A stretch of 64,000 bases of DNA from Deltaproteobacteria bacterium CSP1-8 (GTDB lineage Bacteria > Desulfobacterota > Deferrimicrobia > Deferrimicrobiales > Deferrimicrobiaceae): assembly GCA_001443455.1 (NCBI GenBank), contig LDXO01000002.1, positions 25,865 through 89,864 on the forward strand. The letters run 5' to 3'. Position 1 is the first letter of the stretch. Each line of letters opens with the position of its first letter. This document shows, piece by piece, positions 62,358 through 64,000 of this stretch. The position numbers and the translations under genes are program-made. The notes under the pieces were generated by a model. It made no database searches, was not told where the DNA came from, and saw only the letters and a program-made list of their open reading frames with translations.

Positions 62358-64000
62358 CTACTCCCACGTCACCAGGTGCGGGATGCAAGGATTGACAAGT
62401 TCCGGATGCCGCGGAACGACCCTCGCGGTGTACCCGTACCGTCCGCTGACCCGGCAGGGGATCTCCGCCTTGAACATCGAGACGTTCCCGTCGCTGGAGA
62501 CGAGCCCGGCCTGCACGATCTCCCACCCGAGGATCTCGCTGGAGGACCCCATCGGTCCATGGACAAGTTCAACCGTCACATTCTCCGGGGAGAGGTTGCC
62601 GAGTTCGACGCGAATGACGACGGAGGCTGTCCCGCCGACCTTGTGCTCCGGCCCTCCGGGAGGCTCCTCGATGCGCACGGAAACATGGGGCCATGCCTTT
62701 CGCACCCGCCGCCGCCATGCCGCCAAAGCCTTCGCGGCAGCGAAATCGTTTTCCCCGAGACGGCGCCCCGCCCGGTGGGCCGGAAGGTAAAGCTTCTCCA
62801 GGTACTCCTGGACCATCCTGTGTGTATTGAAGAAGGCGCCCAGCTTCCGCATCGACGATTTCATCAGCGCGATCCAGCCGCGGGGGAGTCCCGCCCGGTC
62901 CCGGTCGTAGAAGAGGGGGACGATCTCCTCCTCGAGGAGGCTGTAGAGGGCCTCGCCCTCGACCTGGTCCTGCTCCTCCGGGTCCTCGTAGACCTCACCC
63001 CTGCCGATGGCCCACCCCGTGTCCGGGGCGTACCCCTCGCACCACCATCCATCCAAAATGGAGACGTTGAGCGCGCCGTTGGCCGCCGCCTTCATCCCGC
63101 TCGTCCCCGAGGCCTCGTGCGGACGGCGCGGCGTATTCAGCCAGACGTCGACCCCCTGGGTAAGGTACCGCGCGACGTTGATGTCGTAATCCTCGAGGAA
63201 GGCGATTCGGTGCCGGATGCGTGGATCCCTCGCGAAATGGATGACCGCCTTGATGACTTCCTTGCCGGCATGGTCCTGGGGGTGGGCCTTCCCGGCGAAG
63301 AGGATCTGGACGGGGCGATCCGGGTTCGTGAGGAGCCGGATGAGCCGCTCCGGCTGACGGAACAGGAGCCAGGCGCGCTTGTACGTCGCGAACCGGCGCG
63401 CGAAACCGATGGTGAGCGCCTCGGGGCTCAAGAGCTCCTCGGAGGCCCGAAGCGCGGAGGCTCCCGCCCCCTGCCGCAGGAGCTGGGCCTGAAGCCTCTT
63501 GCGGGCAAAGAAGACGAGCCGCTCCCGGCGCGTTTCGTGACGGCCCCACAGTTCGCTGGGGGGGATGGCATCGGTCCGCTCCCACACCGATTGGTCGGCC
63601 GGCTTCTCGCGGAACCGCGGCCCCAGGTAGCGGGAAAACAGGTCGCCCACTTCGTGGCTGATCCAGGAGTTTGTGTGGATCCCGTTCGTGATGCTCCCGA
63701 TGGGGACTTCGGACTCGGGGAGGCCGGGCCACAGGTGCTGCCACATCCTCCGCGACGTCTCCCCGTGGAGTTTGGCGACGCCGTTGACGTACGCGGCCGT
63801 CTTGAGGGCCAGGATCGTGAGCCCGAACAGTTTGGACTTCTCGCCGGGCGCCTGGCCCAAGCGGAGGAACTTCTCCCAGGAGAGCCCCAGCTGATTCGCC
63901 ATCGGCTGAAAATATTTCCGGACGAGCTCCGCGTCGAACACCTCGTTCCCCGCGGCCACGGGAGTGTGCGTCGTGAACACGGTCGAGGCGTATACCTGTT
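62358..64000 (-). CDS. glgP: alpha-glucan phosphorylase (GT35), 5'-truncated by the window edge
   Basis: 'TTHTPVAAGNE', 'FARRFATYKR', 'EASGTSGMKAAANG' PLP-lysine motif. The ORF runs off the window end. Confidence 0.9.
   Translation of the reverse strand, partial: QVYASTVFTTHTPVAAGNEVFDAELVRKYFQPMANQLGLSWEKFLRLGQAPGEKSKLFGLTILALKTAAYVNGVAKLHGETSRRMWQHLWPGLPESEVPIGSITNGIHTNSWISHEVGDLFSRYLGPRFREKPADQSVWERTDAIPPSELWGRHETRRERLVFFARKRLQAQLLRQGAGASALRASEELLSPEALTIGFARRFATYKRAWLLFRQPERLIRLLTNPDRPVQILFAGKAHPQDHAGKEVIKAVIHFARDPRIRHRIAFLEDYDINVARYLTQGVDVWLNTPRRPHEASGTSGMKAAANGALNVSILDGWWCEGYAPDTGWAIGRGEVYEDPEEQDQVEGEALYSLLEEEIVPLFYDRDRAGLPRGWIALMKSSMRKLGAFFNTHRMVQEYLEKLYLPAHRAGRRLGENDFAAAKALAAWRRRVRKAWPHVSVRIEEPPGGPEHKVGGTASVVIRVELGNLSPENVTVELVHGPMGSSSEILGWEIVQAGLVSSDGNVSMFKAEIPCRVSGRYGYTARVVPRHPELVNPCIPHLVTWE

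Overview
This is a high-GC chromosomal segment. Its gene content suggests a strictly anaerobic bacterium of deltaproteobacterial/Desulfobacterota style, because it carries ferredoxin-dependent 2-oxoacid oxidoreductase, HgdAB-like Fe-S proteins, a B12 acyl-CoA mutase and GH57. This attribution is an inference only.

Layout:
- 83-17720, plus strand: an E. coli-like thrS-infC-rpmI-rplT-pheS-pheT-ihfA block, three tRNAs (Val-GAC, Pro-GGG, Arg-CCT), surE-pcm-nlpD-apt, a GGDEF cyclase, a dGTPase-like protein and a methyltransferase.
- 17796-54150, one very long minus-strand run: GH57; a signalling operon (PHP, REC-PATAN protein, degenerate GGDEF, BFN nuclease, miaB); a roughly 14.5-kb MerR-headed acyl-CoA operon (thiolase, hbd, crotonase, three acyl-CoA dehydrogenases, a split B12 mutase with ICM-type residues, MeaB, adenosyltransferase, SCPx-thiolase/DUF35, glutaconate-type CoA-transferase); an orphan HgdAB-like pair; a four-subunit 2-oxoacid:ferredoxin oxidoreductase; glpX; and an aminotransferase-hom-thrC-ApgM-like operon.
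- 54178-64000: a visibly rearranged glycogen locus with a glgB 3' remnant, three same-orientation esterase paralogues (one decayed), a malic enzyme, mgtC, a low-GC HhH ORF, glgA and a partial glgP.

No CRISPR array, rRNA, integrase, transposase or recognisable defence system was seen.

Most interesting signals:
1. A MITE-like repeat family with 22-bp terminal inverted repeats (two bounded copies plus one TIR-less copy that splits the CoA-transferase subunit genes).
2. A toxin-antitoxin islet bracketed by a duplicated tRNA-Pro 3' half.
3. A REC-PATAN-wHTH-pseudoGTPase fusion next to an I-site-retaining degenerate GGDEF protein.
4. ICM-type (Phe/Gln) substrate residues in the mutase.
5. An ApgM-like gene in the position of the missing homoserine kinase.
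6. The esterase triplication with a localised tract of near-identity.

All calls come from reading the ORF translations and the DNA by eye. No database search was run. Coordinates read directly from the sequence rows (tRNAs, repeats) may be off by 1-2 nt.
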